A stretch of DNA of 64,000 nt, from assembly GCA_963662405.2 (NCBI GenBank), contig CAXXKT010000001.1, positions 1,344,001 to 1,408,000 on the forward strand, given 5' to 3'. The stretch comes from Syntrophales bacterium. GTDB taxonomy: Bacteria; Desulfobacterota; Syntrophia; Syntrophales; UBA2210. The translations under genes were made by a program, and so were the position numbers. The notes below the pieces were generated by a model. It saw only the letters and a program-made list of their open reading frames with translations. It ran no database searches and was not told the DNA's origin. Within the stretch, counting starts at the first letter, position 1; every line of letters begins with the position of its first letter. Shown piece after piece: positions 21,734 to 32,156 of this stretch.

Positions 21734-22714
21734 ATGCCGTTTTGCGATATTTATGGTCAGGAAAGGCAAATCGCAATACTCCAAAACGCCATCCGCAGAC
21801 GGCGGGTTCCGCATGCGTATCTCTTTTACGGCATCCCGGGGATCGGCAAGAAGACTGTTGCGTTGGCACTTGCCTCCACGCTGAATTGCCGGGAGGGTCA
21901 TGCCGATTTCTGTGGTCGGTGTCCTTCATGCCGTAAGGTGATTCGCAGGACTCATCCTGATGTCGTGATTATAGAGCCGGAAGGGCTTTTTATCAAAATT
22001 GATCGGATCAGAGACCTTCAAAATCAGACACAGTTCAGGCCGCTGGAGGGAAGAAAAAAGGTATTTGTTGTTGCCGATGCAGACCGGATGAACGATGCAT
22101 CGGCCAATGCTCTCCTGAAGACATTGGAGGAGCCGAGTCCTTCCAATGTCCTGATATTGACGACCTCTCGTCTTCACCGGCTTCCCCAGACGATCGTATC
22201 GAGATGCCAGAAGGTGCGGTTTCAGCCCCTGCGGCCCGAGACGGTGGCCTCCTTTCTGATCGACAGCGGAGAGACAGATCCGGTGTCGGCACAAATCGCG
22301 GCGGCAGCGGCTGGTGGAAGTATCGGAAAGGTACTCGAGATTCGGACGGGGCTGCTGTATGAATTCAAGGATGAGATAGCCGAGGTGTTTTCTGGGGGTC
22401 TCTCTTCCCTAGACATGATCTTTCTTGCGGAGAGCTTCGGAAAGGACCGGGAGACCGCCCTGCAGCGGCTTGACATCTTCCGGGAGTGGTGTCGTGATGT
22501 GCTGATATACCGTGAGTTGCACGATGAAGGCGGTCTTATGCACCCCGACATGGCCGAGGCGACAAAACGGTGTGCGGAGCAGACCGTTGGTGATGATATA
22601 CTCCAAAATATCAATATGATACGAAATGCACAGGGCGCGATCGAACAGAATGCCAACAGGCAATTGATACTTGAATCGATGGTGTTCCGTCTCAACAAGG
22701 CCAGACAGGATTGA
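21734..22714 (+). CDS. holB: DNA polymerase III delta' subunit
   Basis: HAYLF.G, CGRC.SC zinc site, ANALLKTLEEP, TIVSRC. Confidence 0.95.
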   Translation: MPFCDIYGQERQIAILQNAIRRRRVPHAYLFYGIPGIGKKTVALALASTLNCREGHADFCGRCPSCRKVIRRTHPDVVIIEPEGLFIKIDRIRDLQNQTQFRPLEGRKKVFVVADADRMNDASANALLKTLEEPSPSNVLILTTSRLHRLPQTIVSRCQKVRFQPLRPETVASFLIDSGETDPVSAQIAAAAAGGSIGKVLEIRTGLLYEFKDEIAEVFSGGLSSLDMIFLAESFGKDRETALQRLDIFREWCRDVLIYRELHDEGGLMHPDMAEATKRCAEQTVGDDILQNINMIRNAQGAIEQNANRQLILESMVFRLNKARQD

Positions 22715-22715
22715 T

Positions 22716-23564
22716 ATGTCCGATGATACAACCTCCACTATAGGGATCAGATTTCGGGACAAGGGGAAGGTATACACCTTTGACGCGGCCGGTATTGACC
22801 TCGGCGAGGGAGACAAGGCTATTGTGGATACCGAAGGAGGGTTGGCGATGGCATGTGTGGCGACCGGTATTCGCCGTGTTTCCATCGACAGATTGCCCCG
22901 TACCATTCGGCGGGTTGTCCGGAAGGCCACCGATGAGGATATGACGGTCCATCAGCAGAATATGGAGATGGAGCGTGAGGCCTTCGCGTTCTGCATGGAG
23001 AAGGTCAAAGAACGGGATCTCTCTATGCGGTTGGTCGATGTCGAAACACTTTTTGATAAGAGCAAGCTGATCTTTTATTTCACCGCAGAGAGCCGGGTTG
23101 ACTTCCGGGAACTGGTGAAGGACCTGGTGAGAAAGTACAAGACACGGATCGAGCTGAAACAGATCTGGGTCAGGAGTGAAGCCCGGATATACGGGGGTGT
23201 CGGTATGTGCGGTAGAGAGCTTTGCTGTGCCAGCTTTCTCAACAAATTCGCTCCGGTGTCGATCAAGATGGCAAAGGAGCAGAATATGCTCCTGAACCCG
23301 GAAAAGATATCGGGTCTCTGTGGGAGATTGATGTGTTGTCTTGCCTTCGAACATGAGCAGTACATGATGGCAAAAAAAAATATGCCAAAATGCGGAAAGA
23401 CAGTTGTTACCAAGGAGGGGAGCGGCAAGGTAACCAGGCAGAACATACTGGAACGCATTGTGTTCGTGGATCTCGGTGACGGGGAAGAGAAAGAGATCTC
23501 GGTCGATGACATCCTGAGAGAAGAGAAACCGCGAAAACCGTTACCAGTGAAAAAGAAACAGTGA
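22716..23564 (+). CDS. yaaT: PSP1/YaaT (RicT) family protein
   Basis: FYFTAE.RVDFRELVK, CGRELCC, KISG.CGRLMCCL; between holB and metG. Confidence 0.9.
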   Translation: MSDDTTSTIGIRFRDKGKVYTFDAAGIDLGEGDKAIVDTEGGLAMACVATGIRRVSIDRLPRTIRRVVRKATDEDMTVHQQNMEMEREAFAFCMEKVKERDLSMRLVDVETLFDKSKLIFYFTAESRVDFRELVKDLVRKYKTRIELKQIWVRSEARIYGGVGMCGRELCCASFLNKFAPVSIKMAKEQNMLLNPEKISGLCGRLMCCLAFEHEQYMMAKKNMPKCGKTVVTKEGSGKVTRQNILERIVFVDLGDGEEKEISVDDILREEKPRKPLPVKKKQ

Positions 23565-23578
23565 GCTCGGAGTACGAT

Positions 23579-25468
23579 ATGAAAAATTTTTACGTTACAA
23601 CACCGATCTATTACGTGAATGCATCACCTCACATCGGACACGCCTATACCACTATTGTGGCCGATGTCATGACCCGGTTTTATCGGATGGCCGGATACCG
23701 GGCCTATTTCCTGACCGGGACCGATGAGCATGGGGACAAGGTCGCGGAGGCGGCACAGCAGGCGGGAGAGGATCCCCAGAGTTATACAGACCGGATCAGC
23801 GGTCAGTTCCGCGATTTGTGGCCGAAACTGGCGATCACCAACGATTATTTCGTCAGGACGACTGACACGGATCACAAAGAGGTGGTCAGGTCGATCCTCC
23901 AAAAGGTATACGATGCGGGTGACATCTATTTCGGCGAGTACGAGGGGCATTACTGTGTGGGGTGCGAGCGTTTCTATCGGGAGAGTGAACTGGTGGACGG
24001 CATGTGTCCGGATCACCTCACCGTGCCCGAGACCCGGAAAGAGAGCAATTACTTTTTCCGGATGAGCAAGTACCAGGATTGGCTGATTGATCATATCAAG
24101 AAGAATCCCGATTTCATCAGACCGGAACGCTACCGAAACGAGGCCCTCGCCTTTCTGAAGGAGCCCCTTGAGGACCTCTGCATATCGCGGCCCAAGACAC
24201 GATTGACCTGGGGGATCACCCTCCCCTTTGATGATCAGTATGTGACCTATGTCTGGTTCGACGCCCTGATCAACTACCTGACGGGGGTCGGGTACCCCGA
24301 GGGAGAACGGTATACAACGTTCTGGCCCGTCTCGCAGCACCTGATAGCAAAGGATATTCTCAAGCCCCACGGGATCTACTGGCCCACCATGCTGAAGGGG
24401 GCGGGGATCGAACCATATCAGCACCTGAATGTCCACGGATACTGGAACATCGATCAGAATAAGATGTCGAAGAGCCGCGGAACGGTGGTCAAACCTCTCG
24501 ATCTGAAGGACACGTACGGTCTGGATGCATTCCGCTATTTTCTGATGCGGGATATGGTATTCGGCCTCGATGCCAATTTCAGTGAAGAGGCCTTTGTCCA
24601 GAGGATCAACGCCGATCTAGCCAATGACCTGGGGAATCTGGTCAGTCGGTCCCTCTCCATGGCGGTCAAGTATTGCGGAGGCACAGCCCCCGCCACCGTC
24701 GATCACCCGGATGATACGCATCTGATCGAGGCGGCGGCAAAGTTGTTCCCGGATGTAGAGCAGTCCTTCCGCTCGTTGCAGTTCCATAAGGCCCTCATCT
24801 CCATCTGGGAATTCATCAATCTGACCAACCGGTACATCGTGGAGCGGGAGCCCTGGTCCCTGGCGAAGGATCCGGCCGTTCGGGAACGTCTGGACACGGT
24901 CATCTACAATCTCTTGGAGGCACTCCGTGTGATTGCCGTCCTGATCACCCCCTTCATGCCCGATGCCGCCGGTGATATCCTGGGCCGACTCGGGGTCGAG
25001 GATATCGAGTCCCAGAATTTCGAAAGTGTCCGAACCTGGGGCGGTCTCCCGATCGGCAGTCTCCTGACCCGTGGAGAATCCCTTTTCCCCCGTGTCGAGT
25101 ATCAGAAACCGGAAGCATCTGCGGTGAAGGTCCTCACCGATGTCAAGGACGAGATATCCTTCGAGGATTTCGAAAAGATCGACCTGCGTGTGGCGGAAGT
25201 GATCGCCGCGGAGCGGGTCAAGAAATCGGATAAATTGTTGAAACTGAAGATCGATGTCGGGGAGGAACGGACCATCGTTGCGGGGGTCGGTGCCCATTAC
25301 CGACCGGAAGATCTCGTGGGGAAGAAGATTGCCGTCATCCTGAACCTGAAACCCGTGAAGCTGATGGGGGTGGAATCGCACGGGATGCTCCTCGCAACGG
25401 AGTCGGAGGGGGGGGTAACGCTGGTCTCGTTTGAGGGAGACCCCGTTGTCGGAGCACGGGTAAGCTGA
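23579..25468 (+). CDS. metG: Methionyl-tRNA synthetase with C-terminal tRNA-binding domain
   Basis: HIGH, GTDEHG, YVWFDAL, KMSKS, C-terminal OB fold. Confidence 0.97.
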   Translation: MKNFYVTTPIYYVNASPHIGHAYTTIVADVMTRFYRMAGYRAYFLTGTDEHGDKVAEAAQQAGEDPQSYTDRISGQFRDLWPKLAITNDYFVRTTDTDHKEVVRSILQKVYDAGDIYFGEYEGHYCVGCERFYRESELVDGMCPDHLTVPETRKESNYFFRMSKYQDWLIDHIKKNPDFIRPERYRNEALAFLKEPLEDLCISRPKTRLTWGITLPFDDQYVTYVWFDALINYLTGVGYPEGERYTTFWPVSQHLIAKDILKPHGIYWPTMLKGAGIEPYQHLNVHGYWNIDQNKMSKSRGTVVKPLDLKDTYGLDAFRYFLMRDMVFGLDANFSEEAFVQRINADLANDLGNLVSRSLSMAVKYCGGTAPATVDHPDDTHLIEAAAKLFPDVEQSFRSLQFHKALISIWEFINLTNRYIVEREPWSLAKDPAVRERLDTVIYNLLEALRVIAVLITPFMPDAAGDILGRLGVEDIESQNFESVRTWGGLPIGSLLTRGESLFPRVEYQKPEASAVKVLTDVKDEISFEDFEKIDLRVAEVIAAERVKKSDKLLKLKIDVGEERTIVAGVGAHYRPEDLVGKKIAVILNLKPVKLMGVESHGMLLATESEGGVTLVSFEGDPVVGARVS

Positions 25469-25526
25469 TTCGTGCGGGCGTTCCCTCGTCAACAAAACGA
25501 TAGTCAATAACTGTCTGATCGGAACG

Positions 25527-26300
25527 ATGTGTCCACGGAATGTTTCGGCCTTCAGAGTCGTATTCGCCCTCCTGTCGCTGCTGTTGGTGACGGGGTGTAT
25601 GGTGCGGCAGATTCCCGCTCCGGCGGTGTCTCCTCCTGCCTCGACAGCGAAACTTGCCTCGATGGGTTTTACCATTCAGGTGGGGGCCTTCGCGGAAGTT
25701 GAAAACGCCGCCCGCCTCGTCAAACGCCTGAACAATGATCATCTGGAAGCCTATTATTTTCTGTACCGGCAGGGGTTGTACAAGGTCCGCTTCGGCAACT
25801 TCTCGACCAGGGTGCTCGCCTCCCGGGAGGCGGAGATCCTGAGAGGGATGGGGGTGATCGGTCCCTACTACGTCGTCCGTCCGGACGAGTATGTCATTGC
25901 GAGAAGGCCCGGTTCTGACGAGCCGTATCTCAGGGATCAGATCGTGAAAACGGCACGGAGATTCATCGGTGTTCCCTATCAATGGGGGGGCGTCTCCGCT
26001 GAAGAGGGATTTGATTGCAGCGGCCTCGCCATGGCCATCTACCGCCTCAACGGTCTGAATCTGCCCCGCACATCGGTTCAGCAGTATGGAGCAGGCACGT
26101 CCATCAGCAGGGAAGATCTTGCCAAGGGGGATCTGATCTTCTTTGACACGCAGCTGAGGGGCGTGGTTTCTCACGTGGGGGTCTATGTCGGTGAGGACCG
26201 CTTTATTCACGCACCGCGGTCTGGACGAACCGTGCGATCCGGTTCGCTCTCGAATGCCTACTATCAACGGCGGTACGTCGGTGCCAAGACCTATCTATAG
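25527..26300 (+). CDS. SPOR + NlpC/P60 peptidoglycan endopeptidase lipoprotein
   Basis: LVTGC lipobox, TIQVGAF (SPOR), PYQWGG, GFDCSGL, SHVGVY, FIHAP. Confidence 0.9.
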   Translation: MCPRNVSAFRVVFALLSLLLVTGCMVRQIPAPAVSPPASTAKLASMGFTIQVGAFAEVENAARLVKRLNNDHLEAYYFLYRQGLYKVRFGNFSTRVLASREAEILRGMGVIGPYYVVRPDEYVIARRPGSDEPYLRDQIVKTARRFIGVPYQWGGVSAEEGFDCSGLAMAIYRLNGLNLPRTSVQQYGAGTSISREDLAKGDLIFFDTQLRGVVSHVGVYVGEDRFIHAPRSGRTVRSGSLSNAYYQRRYVGAKTYL

Positions 26301-26376
26301 CAATATCCACAAGAATCTTTTCTGAGTTCCGCTCATTTCTTTTTCAATAATTATTTTTTGCAAAAATACTTTTTCC

Positions 26377-26406
26377 TTGACACTGTTCCCTGTTTTCTTT
26401 TATGCT
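26377..26406 (+). promoter_or_regulatory. Putative sigma70 promoter of the ABC/acyl-CoA ligase operon
   Basis: TTGACA-N18-TATGCT with AT-rich upstream tract, ~110 nt before livM start. Confidence 0.5.
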
Positions 26407-26518
26407 GGTCTGGCATCATGGGGGGTTCTTTCTCTTCTACTTCACAGCATCACATCTGAGCATATGCTGGTGTCAACTATTTTTGTTGATTATTAGCACT
26501 CTTGGATAACCGAGCGAG

Positions 26519-27598
26519 GTGTCTCTTATGGATATGAAGCGGGAGTATTACGAGGATATTGAGCTGTTCAAAAGCGGGACGATCCTTTTCTGGACGGTTG
26601 TCCTTCTTGCCGCTCTCCTGGCGGCGCCACTCTTTTTGTCGACCTATCATGTGTATCTGTTCAACCTTATCCTCGTCCATGTTATTGTCGCCGTGGGCCT
26701 GAACATCCTTGTGGGTTCCACCGGTCAGATCGCCCTGGGTCATGCGGGATTTTTTGCCATCGGTGCGTATGTGACCGTACTTCTGATGACCAAACTCCAG
26801 ATCCCCTTTTTTGCGGCCATCCTCGCTGCCGCCTTTATCTCGGCCTTTTTCGGTTTTGTCTTGGGGCTTCCAGCCCTGCGACTGGAGGGTCCCTACCTCG
26901 CCATTGCCACCCTCGCCTTCGGCCTCGCCATCATGCATGTTATCGGCCATACCGACCTCTTCGGGGGGCGGCAGGGTCTCATGGCCCCCGACTTTGATAT
27001 CGGGATCCCCCAATTGGGGTTGAGTTGGATTCTCTCCTCGGAGACAAGCAAATACTACCTGATCCTGGTTGTCACCGTTATCATGGTACTCCTGGCCATC
27101 AATATTTTAAAAACCAGGGCCGGTCGGGCCTTCGTCGCCATCCGGGACAGTGACATCGCAGCCGAAGTGATCGGCATCAATCTGACCATGTACAAAACCC
27201 TGGCCTTTGCCGTGAGCGCCTTTTACGCCGGCGTTGCCGGAGGACTCTTCGCCTTCGTGCTCGGCTTTTTTGATCCCTTCACGTTCAACCTGATCCTGTC
27301 GATTATCTTTCTCGTTATGGTCGTCGTGGGGGGGCTGGGGTCGGTCATGGGATCGATATCGGGGGCCGTTCTCATCACCTATCTCTGGTACGACCTGTTC
27401 AAGAACGTGGATGAGGTCCCCATCGTGGGCGACCTGCTGGTGGCCTTCGCGGGGCAGTTTCTCACCGTGACGGGGATGGATAATTTCAACTTCATAGCCC
27501 TGGGTCTCGTCATGATCGGTATCATCATCTTCGAGCCCCTGGGCATGTTTGGTGCCTGGATACGGATCAAGAAGTACTGGAAGACATGGCCCTTCTAG
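26519..27598 (+). CDS. livM: Branched-chain amino acid-type ABC permease (LivM-like)
   Basis: GQIALGHAGF, LRL.G.YLAIATL, GRAF.AIRD, MVVVGGLGS. Confidence 0.85.
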   Translation: MSLMDMKREYYEDIELFKSGTILFWTVVLLAALLAAPLFLSTYHVYLFNLILVHVIVAVGLNILVGSTGQIALGHAGFFAIGAYVTVLLMTKLQIPFFAAILAAAFISAFFGFVLGLPALRLEGPYLAIATLAFGLAIMHVIGHTDLFGGRQGLMAPDFDIGIPQLGLSWILSSETSKYYLILVVTVIMVLLAINILKTRAGRAFVAIRDSDIAAEVIGINLTMYKTLAFAVSAFYAGVAGGLFAFVLGFFDPFTFNLILSIIFLVMVVVGGLGSVMGSISGAVLITYLWYDLFKNVDEVPIVGDLLVAFAGQFLTVTGMDNFNFIALGLVMIGIIIFEPLGMFGAWIRIKKYWKTWPF

Positions 27599-27668
27599 AG
27601 GGTTGATGTGTGACGGGGAAGAACCATGAACGACTGACAAGGAAAACCGACTATTGCAAGGGGGAGTT

Positions 27669-28544
27669 ATGCCGTTCGGACAGTTATTGATCGAGGGATT
27701 GGCCATGGGAGCCTGTTACGGCCTTTTTGGCCTCGCGGTGGTCATTATCTACAAGACGTCGGAAGTGGTCAATTTCGCCGCGGGAACGATGGCCATGCTG
27801 GCCACGTACATCGCCTTTCACGCCATGACCTTTTACGGATCCCCCTTCTGGCTTGCCTTTATCCTGGCACTGGTGTTCGCATCACTGCTCGGTGTATTCG
27901 TTGAGTTCTTCTTCCTTCGGCCCGCCAAGGATCCCACGCTCCTGGGTCTTATCGTCATCACCATCGGTGTCCAGCTGTTACTGGCCGGACTGGCGGGGTG
28001 GAAATGGACCGCCAACCAGCAGGCCTTCACCATCCCCTTCTCTTACCAGATCACCTATGAGCTGTTTGCCGGATTTGTCATTAGCCAGTGGGCCGCCGCC
28101 GTCTTCGTTATCGCCTTCATCATCATGACGTTTCTTTTTTTATTCTTCAAGTTCACGAAACTGGGAACGGCCATGCGGGCGACACAACAGAACAAGCACG
28201 CCGCGAAGATCATGGGTATTAAAACGGATCGCGTCTTTGCCTTTGCCTGGGCTTTAAGCTCCGTCATCGGTGTCACGGCCGCCATGCTCATTTCCGCACG
28301 AACCATCCTTGACCCCGATTTCATGATGGAGCCTTTTCTCCGGGCCTTTGCCGCGGCGGTTCTGGGTGGTCTCATGAGTATCCCCGGTGTCCTGATCGGC
28401 GGCGGTATCGTGGGGCTGTTGGAAAACTTTTTCGGCTACGCCTGGCCCTCGTGGAAACCTATTACGGCCTTTGTCATCATCGTGCTGGTCCTCTGTTTCC
28501 GGCCCAGCGGTCTATTCGCCAAGCATTATGTGAGGAAGGTCTAA
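27669..28544 (+). CDS. livH: Branched-chain amino acid-type ABC permease (LivH-like)
   Basis: VVNFA.G, TKLG.AMRA, AAAVLGG, RPSGLF. Confidence 0.85.
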   Translation: MPFGQLLIEGLAMGACYGLFGLAVVIIYKTSEVVNFAAGTMAMLATYIAFHAMTFYGSPFWLAFILALVFASLLGVFVEFFFLRPAKDPTLLGLIVITIGVQLLLAGLAGWKWTANQQAFTIPFSYQITYELFAGFVISQWAAAVFVIAFIIMTFLFLFFKFTKLGTAMRATQQNKHAAKIMGIKTDRVFAFAWALSSVIGVTAAMLISARTILDPDFMMEPFLRAFAAAVLGGLMSIPGVLIGGGIVGLLENFFGYAWPSWKPITAFVIIVLVLCFRPSGLFAKHYVRKV

Positions 28545-28548
28545 CCCC

Positions 28549-29034
28549 GTGATCGGCCGACCCAGCCATGCCGAGAGAAGAGTAAAACACCCCGGCGCTA
28601 CGATTGTCTCAGTGGTAATCTGCACGCTGGCGGTTGCTTCTTTTCTCCCTGCCTCGGCCCTCAGTGACACGATCTCGGGTGCGGAGGAGGCGGCCCTGGT
28701 GCTGGCGGCGCGGGAGTTTCTTGATGCCGAAATGAGGCAGGATTATCCGGCGGTATACCGCTGTTTTGCCCCTTCCTCTCCGTATGTCCACGAACACACC
28801 TACGATGATTACCTGCAGGATGCGCGGGTGTCGGAAGATCGCATCATGGCGTATACCATAGTTGGGGTTACCTATGTCCATGACAATGAAGACATGAAAA
28901 AATGGCCGGCCGTTGAACGATTCGCACAGGTCGAGGTGGAGATGACATTTTTGCACATACCGACCGATCGGCGGTCGGAGATCAATATCGGGTTCATTTT
29001 TTTCAAAGAGGGTGGAAAATGGTACAAGAGTTAG
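28549..29034 (+). CDS. Hypothetical exported protein
   Basis: Signal-peptide-like segment (ASA|L), C-terminal F.KEGG.W reminiscent of NTF2-like folds. Confidence 0.55.
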   Translation: MIGRPSHAERRVKHPGATIVSVVICTLAVASFLPASALSDTISGAEEAALVLAAREFLDAEMRQDYPAVYRCFAPSSPYVHEHTYDDYLQDARVSEDRIMAYTIVGVTYVHDNEDMKKWPAVERFAQVEVEMTFLHIPTDRRSEINIGFIFFKEGGKWYKS

Positions 29035-29148
29035 CTTCTCATATACCGCAGGGGGAGAGGTGACAGGGGGCACGTATCTGCCCGACTGGAATGATGGGAA
29101 GAGGTAGCGGCGTTAATCGGATGTGTCAAAAGAAAAAGGAGGAACAAT

Positions 29149-30339
29149 ATGAATATGAAAAAAATGTTGATGGTTCTTTTCGTTCCCCTCCTGGCCCTGG
29201 CGCTTGTCGCTGATACTGGCCATGCCAAAAAGGAGCGAGGGTTTGACGACAAGGAGATCAGGGTGGGTCAGTGGGGGCCCCAGACAGGGCCTGCCGCTCC
29301 TTGGGGCTCGGTTGCCCGGGGAAGCACGCTTGTCTTTGACTTGGTCAATGAGGCGGGCGGGGTCCATGGCAGGCAGATCAAATACTTTATCAGGGACGAT
29401 CAGTACAATCCTTCCCAGACCATGGCGGGGGTGAGAGAACTGGTTGACCGAAAGGGGATTTTCGCCTTCGTAGGCGGCGTGGGGACCGCGTGCGGTCTTG
29501 CCGTGCAGAAGTACCTTCGCCAGAATGAGATCATCTGGATCGGCGTCTGTACCGGGGCACGCGCCTTTCAGGACAATCCCTGGCTGTGGCAGATGTGGCC
29601 CGATTATTTCGATGAAGGAAGTATCCTGGCAAAACACGCCGTCGAAAATATGAAATTCAAAAAAGTGGCCTACATGTACCAGAACGACGACTGGGGTCAT
29701 GATGCCCTGGCGGGAGTGAAGGCCGTCCTCAAGTTGAATAACATGGAACTGTTGGAGGCCGTTCCCGTAGAGCCCACCGAGCGGGATCTGTCGTCGCAGA
29801 TCGCCCGCATCAAGGCTTCGGGTGCGGAGGCGGTCATTGGAATCATGGCTCCCACCCAGGCGGCCATTGCACTTCGCACGGCGGTGTCCGTGGGGTTCCA
29901 TCCCCAGTGGCTCCATTCCTACAATCTGTGCGATTTTGCCCTCATGAGCCATATTACCGATGGCCTTTGGGCCAGCGAAGGGGTCATGACGGCGGCCTTT
30001 ACCCCTCCCATTGACGCGGACACACCTCTCATGAACAAGTACCGCGATGCGGCAAAGCGGCTGTATCCAAAGGAGCGGTGGGGCATTTTCTACCTGGCCG
30101 GCATATGCGTGGCAGAGCCGCTTGTCTGGGCTCTGGAGGCGGTAGGAAGAGACCTGAGTACAGAGGCGGTGAGGGACGCGCTCAATTCCGTCACGAAGCG
30201 TCAGGGAGTCGGCCCCGTCCTGACCTGGACGAAAGACAGTCATCTCCCCCCCCGGATGCTTCAGGTCTGGCAGTGCGGTCCCAAGGGAGAAACGATAGTC
30301 GTACAGGACTGGACAGAAAACACGTTGACCAGGAAGTGA
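29149..30339 (+). CDS. ABC substrate-binding protein (LivJ/periplasmic binding protein 6 family)
   Basis: Signal peptide, PQTGPAA, N.AGGV.GRQI, DDQYNP. Confidence 0.9.
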   Translation: MNMKKMLMVLFVPLLALALVADTGHAKKERGFDDKEIRVGQWGPQTGPAAPWGSVARGSTLVFDLVNEAGGVHGRQIKYFIRDDQYNPSQTMAGVRELVDRKGIFAFVGGVGTACGLAVQKYLRQNEIIWIGVCTGARAFQDNPWLWQMWPDYFDEGSILAKHAVENMKFKKVAYMYQNDDWGHDALAGVKAVLKLNNMELLEAVPVEPTERDLSSQIARIKASGAEAVIGIMAPTQAAIALRTAVSVGFHPQWLHSYNLCDFALMSHITDGLWASEGVMTAAFTPPIDADTPLMNKYRDAAKRLYPKERWGIFYLAGICVAEPLVWALEAVGRDLSTEAVRDALNSVTKRQGVGPVLTWTKDSHLPPRMLQVWQCGPKGETIVVQDWTENTLTRK

Positions 30340-30358
30340 TTTGAATTCCGACAACGGT

Positions 30359-30395
30359 GGATTCGGCGGGATCGGGAACGGATCCCGCCGGGTTC
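30359..30395 (+). terminator. Stem-loop after the substrate-binding protein gene
   Basis: cggcgggatc / gatcccgccg perfect 10-bp stem. Confidence 0.55.
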
Positions 30396-30547
30396 ACGGT
30401 TCTTGACACGGTATGGTGGAGATATGCCGGGGGAGGCCTTCCGGGCCATCCCCCCGGTGAGGACTGACCCCTGAATGGATGTGTCAGTTGATAACCCGGC
30501 ATGCTCCGGCGATAACGCTGCATTCGAGAAAGAGGGACTGATATTCC

Positions 30548-31327
30548 ATGGCCTATTTCAGCATCAAAAACTTGAGCATCAGTTTCGGCGGCTTAAAGGC
30601 GGTCAACGACATCAGCTTCGATGTCGAGAAGAATGAAATTTTTTCCATTATCGGGCCCAACGGTTCGGGGAAGACGACCATTTTCAACCTGATCAGCGGC
30701 ATCTATCGGCCCGATAAAGGTGTCGTTTTCATGGAGGGGGAGAACATGGTGGGGAAAACCCCCGACCGTATCGCCAAGCGGGGAATCGCTCGAACCTTCC
30801 AGAACATCGAACTCTTCGCGAATGCCACCGTCATGGACAATCTGATGCTCGGCCGGCATATCCACATGAAGACGGGGGTGTTCGGCGGTGCCTTCATGTT
30901 CGGTAAGTGGTCGCGGGCTGCCCGGGAGGAAGTGGGGCACCGGGAAAAGGTAGAAGAGATCATCGATTTTCTGGAACTTCAGTCCGTACGGGACCAGTTC
31001 GTGGGAAGCCTTGCCTACGGAAAACGCAAGCTTGTCGAGGTGGGCCGGGCCCTGGCGCTTGAACCGAAAGTAATGCTTCTCGACGAACCCTCCGCCGGAA
31101 TGAACACGGAAGAAAAGGACGACCTGACCATCTGGATAAAGGATATCCAGGAAGATTACAACGTGACGATCCTCCTGATAGAGCATGACATGAACATGAT
31201 CATGGGGATTTCCGATCGAGTGTTCGCCATGAACCAGGGGCAGAAGATCGTCCTCGGGACACCGCAGGAGGTACAGCGAAACACCGAAGTCATCAAGGCA
31301 TATCTCGGAGAGGAGGAGGTCAGCTGA
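30548..31327 (+). CDS. livG: ABC ATPase (LivG-like)
   Basis: GPNGSGKTT, RTFQ, LLDEP.AG, AYLG. Confidence 0.9.
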   Translation: MAYFSIKNLSISFGGLKAVNDISFDVEKNEIFSIIGPNGSGKTTIFNLISGIYRPDKGVVFMEGENMVGKTPDRIAKRGIARTFQNIELFANATVMDNLMLGRHIHMKTGVFGGAFMFGKWSRAAREEVGHREKVEEIIDFLELQSVRDQFVGSLAYGKRKLVEVGRALALEPKVMLLDEPSAGMNTEEKDDLTIWIKDIQEDYNVTILLIEHDMNMIMGISDRVFAMNQGQKIVLGTPQEVQRNTEVIKAYLGEEEVS

Positions 31328-32109
31328 TGCTGAAGGTGAACAATATCGAGACCTGGTACGACCTGATCCGGGCCCTGCACGGCATTTCCTTCGAGATCAA
31401 CAGGGGTGACGTGGTGGCCCTGCTGGGGTCGAATGGTGCGGGGAAAACAACGACCCTGAAGACGATCATGCGGCTCTTTTACGACCTGAAAGAGGAGCAG
31501 CCCGAAAAGGGAACCATCGAGTTTCTCGGCGAACGTATCGACCGGAAGGATACCGACGAAATCGTCAAGATGGGGATCGGCTATGTGCCGGAGGGACGGG
31601 AGGTCTTTCCCGAACTCACGGTCTTGGAGAATATCACCATCGGGGCGTACACCAGGAAAGACAAAGCCGGCGTGAAGAGTGATCTGGAAAACGTTTTCAA
31701 TCATTTCCCCATCCTCAAGGATCGAATAAAACAGCAGGCGGGATTAATGAGCGGAGGAGAACAGCAGATGCTGGCCATCGGGCGGGCCCTCATGAGCCGG
31801 CCCCAGTTGCTCATGCTTGACGAGCCGTCACTGGGTCTGTCCCCCATTTTGACACAGGAGATTTTCGGCATTATAAAAAACATCAATGAAAATGATGGGG
31901 TGACCGTTCTCCTGGTTGAGCAGAACGTCAACATGGCCCTTAAATACTCTCATTTCGCCTATCTTCTGGAGAATGGCAGAATCGTCCGTGCCGATAAACC
32001 GGAGGTCCTCCGGGAGGACGACGATGTCAAGGAATTTTATCTGGGTATCGCCACCGAGGAATCGGTGAAGGGATATAAACGGTATCGGAGAAAGGTCCGG
32101 TTCCGTTAG
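31327..32109 (+). CDS. livF: ABC ATPase (LivF-like)
   Basis: GSNGAGKTT, VPEGR, SGGEQQML, DEPSLGL. Confidence 0.9.
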   Translation: MLKVNNIETWYDLIRALHGISFEINRGDVVALLGSNGAGKTTTLKTIMRLFYDLKEEQPEKGTIEFLGERIDRKDTDEIVKMGIGYVPEGREVFPELTVLENITIGAYTRKDKAGVKSDLENVFNHFPILKDRIKQQAGLMSGGEQQMLAIGRALMSRPQLLMLDEPSLGLSPILTQEIFGIIKNINENDGVTVLLVEQNVNMALKYSHFAYLLENGRIVRADKPEVLREDDDVKEFYLGIATEESVKGYKRYRRKVRFR

Positions 32110-32156
32110 TCTGAAGCAGGCGCTCATGAGTGAACTGTCCTGAAGGGGGAAGATAG

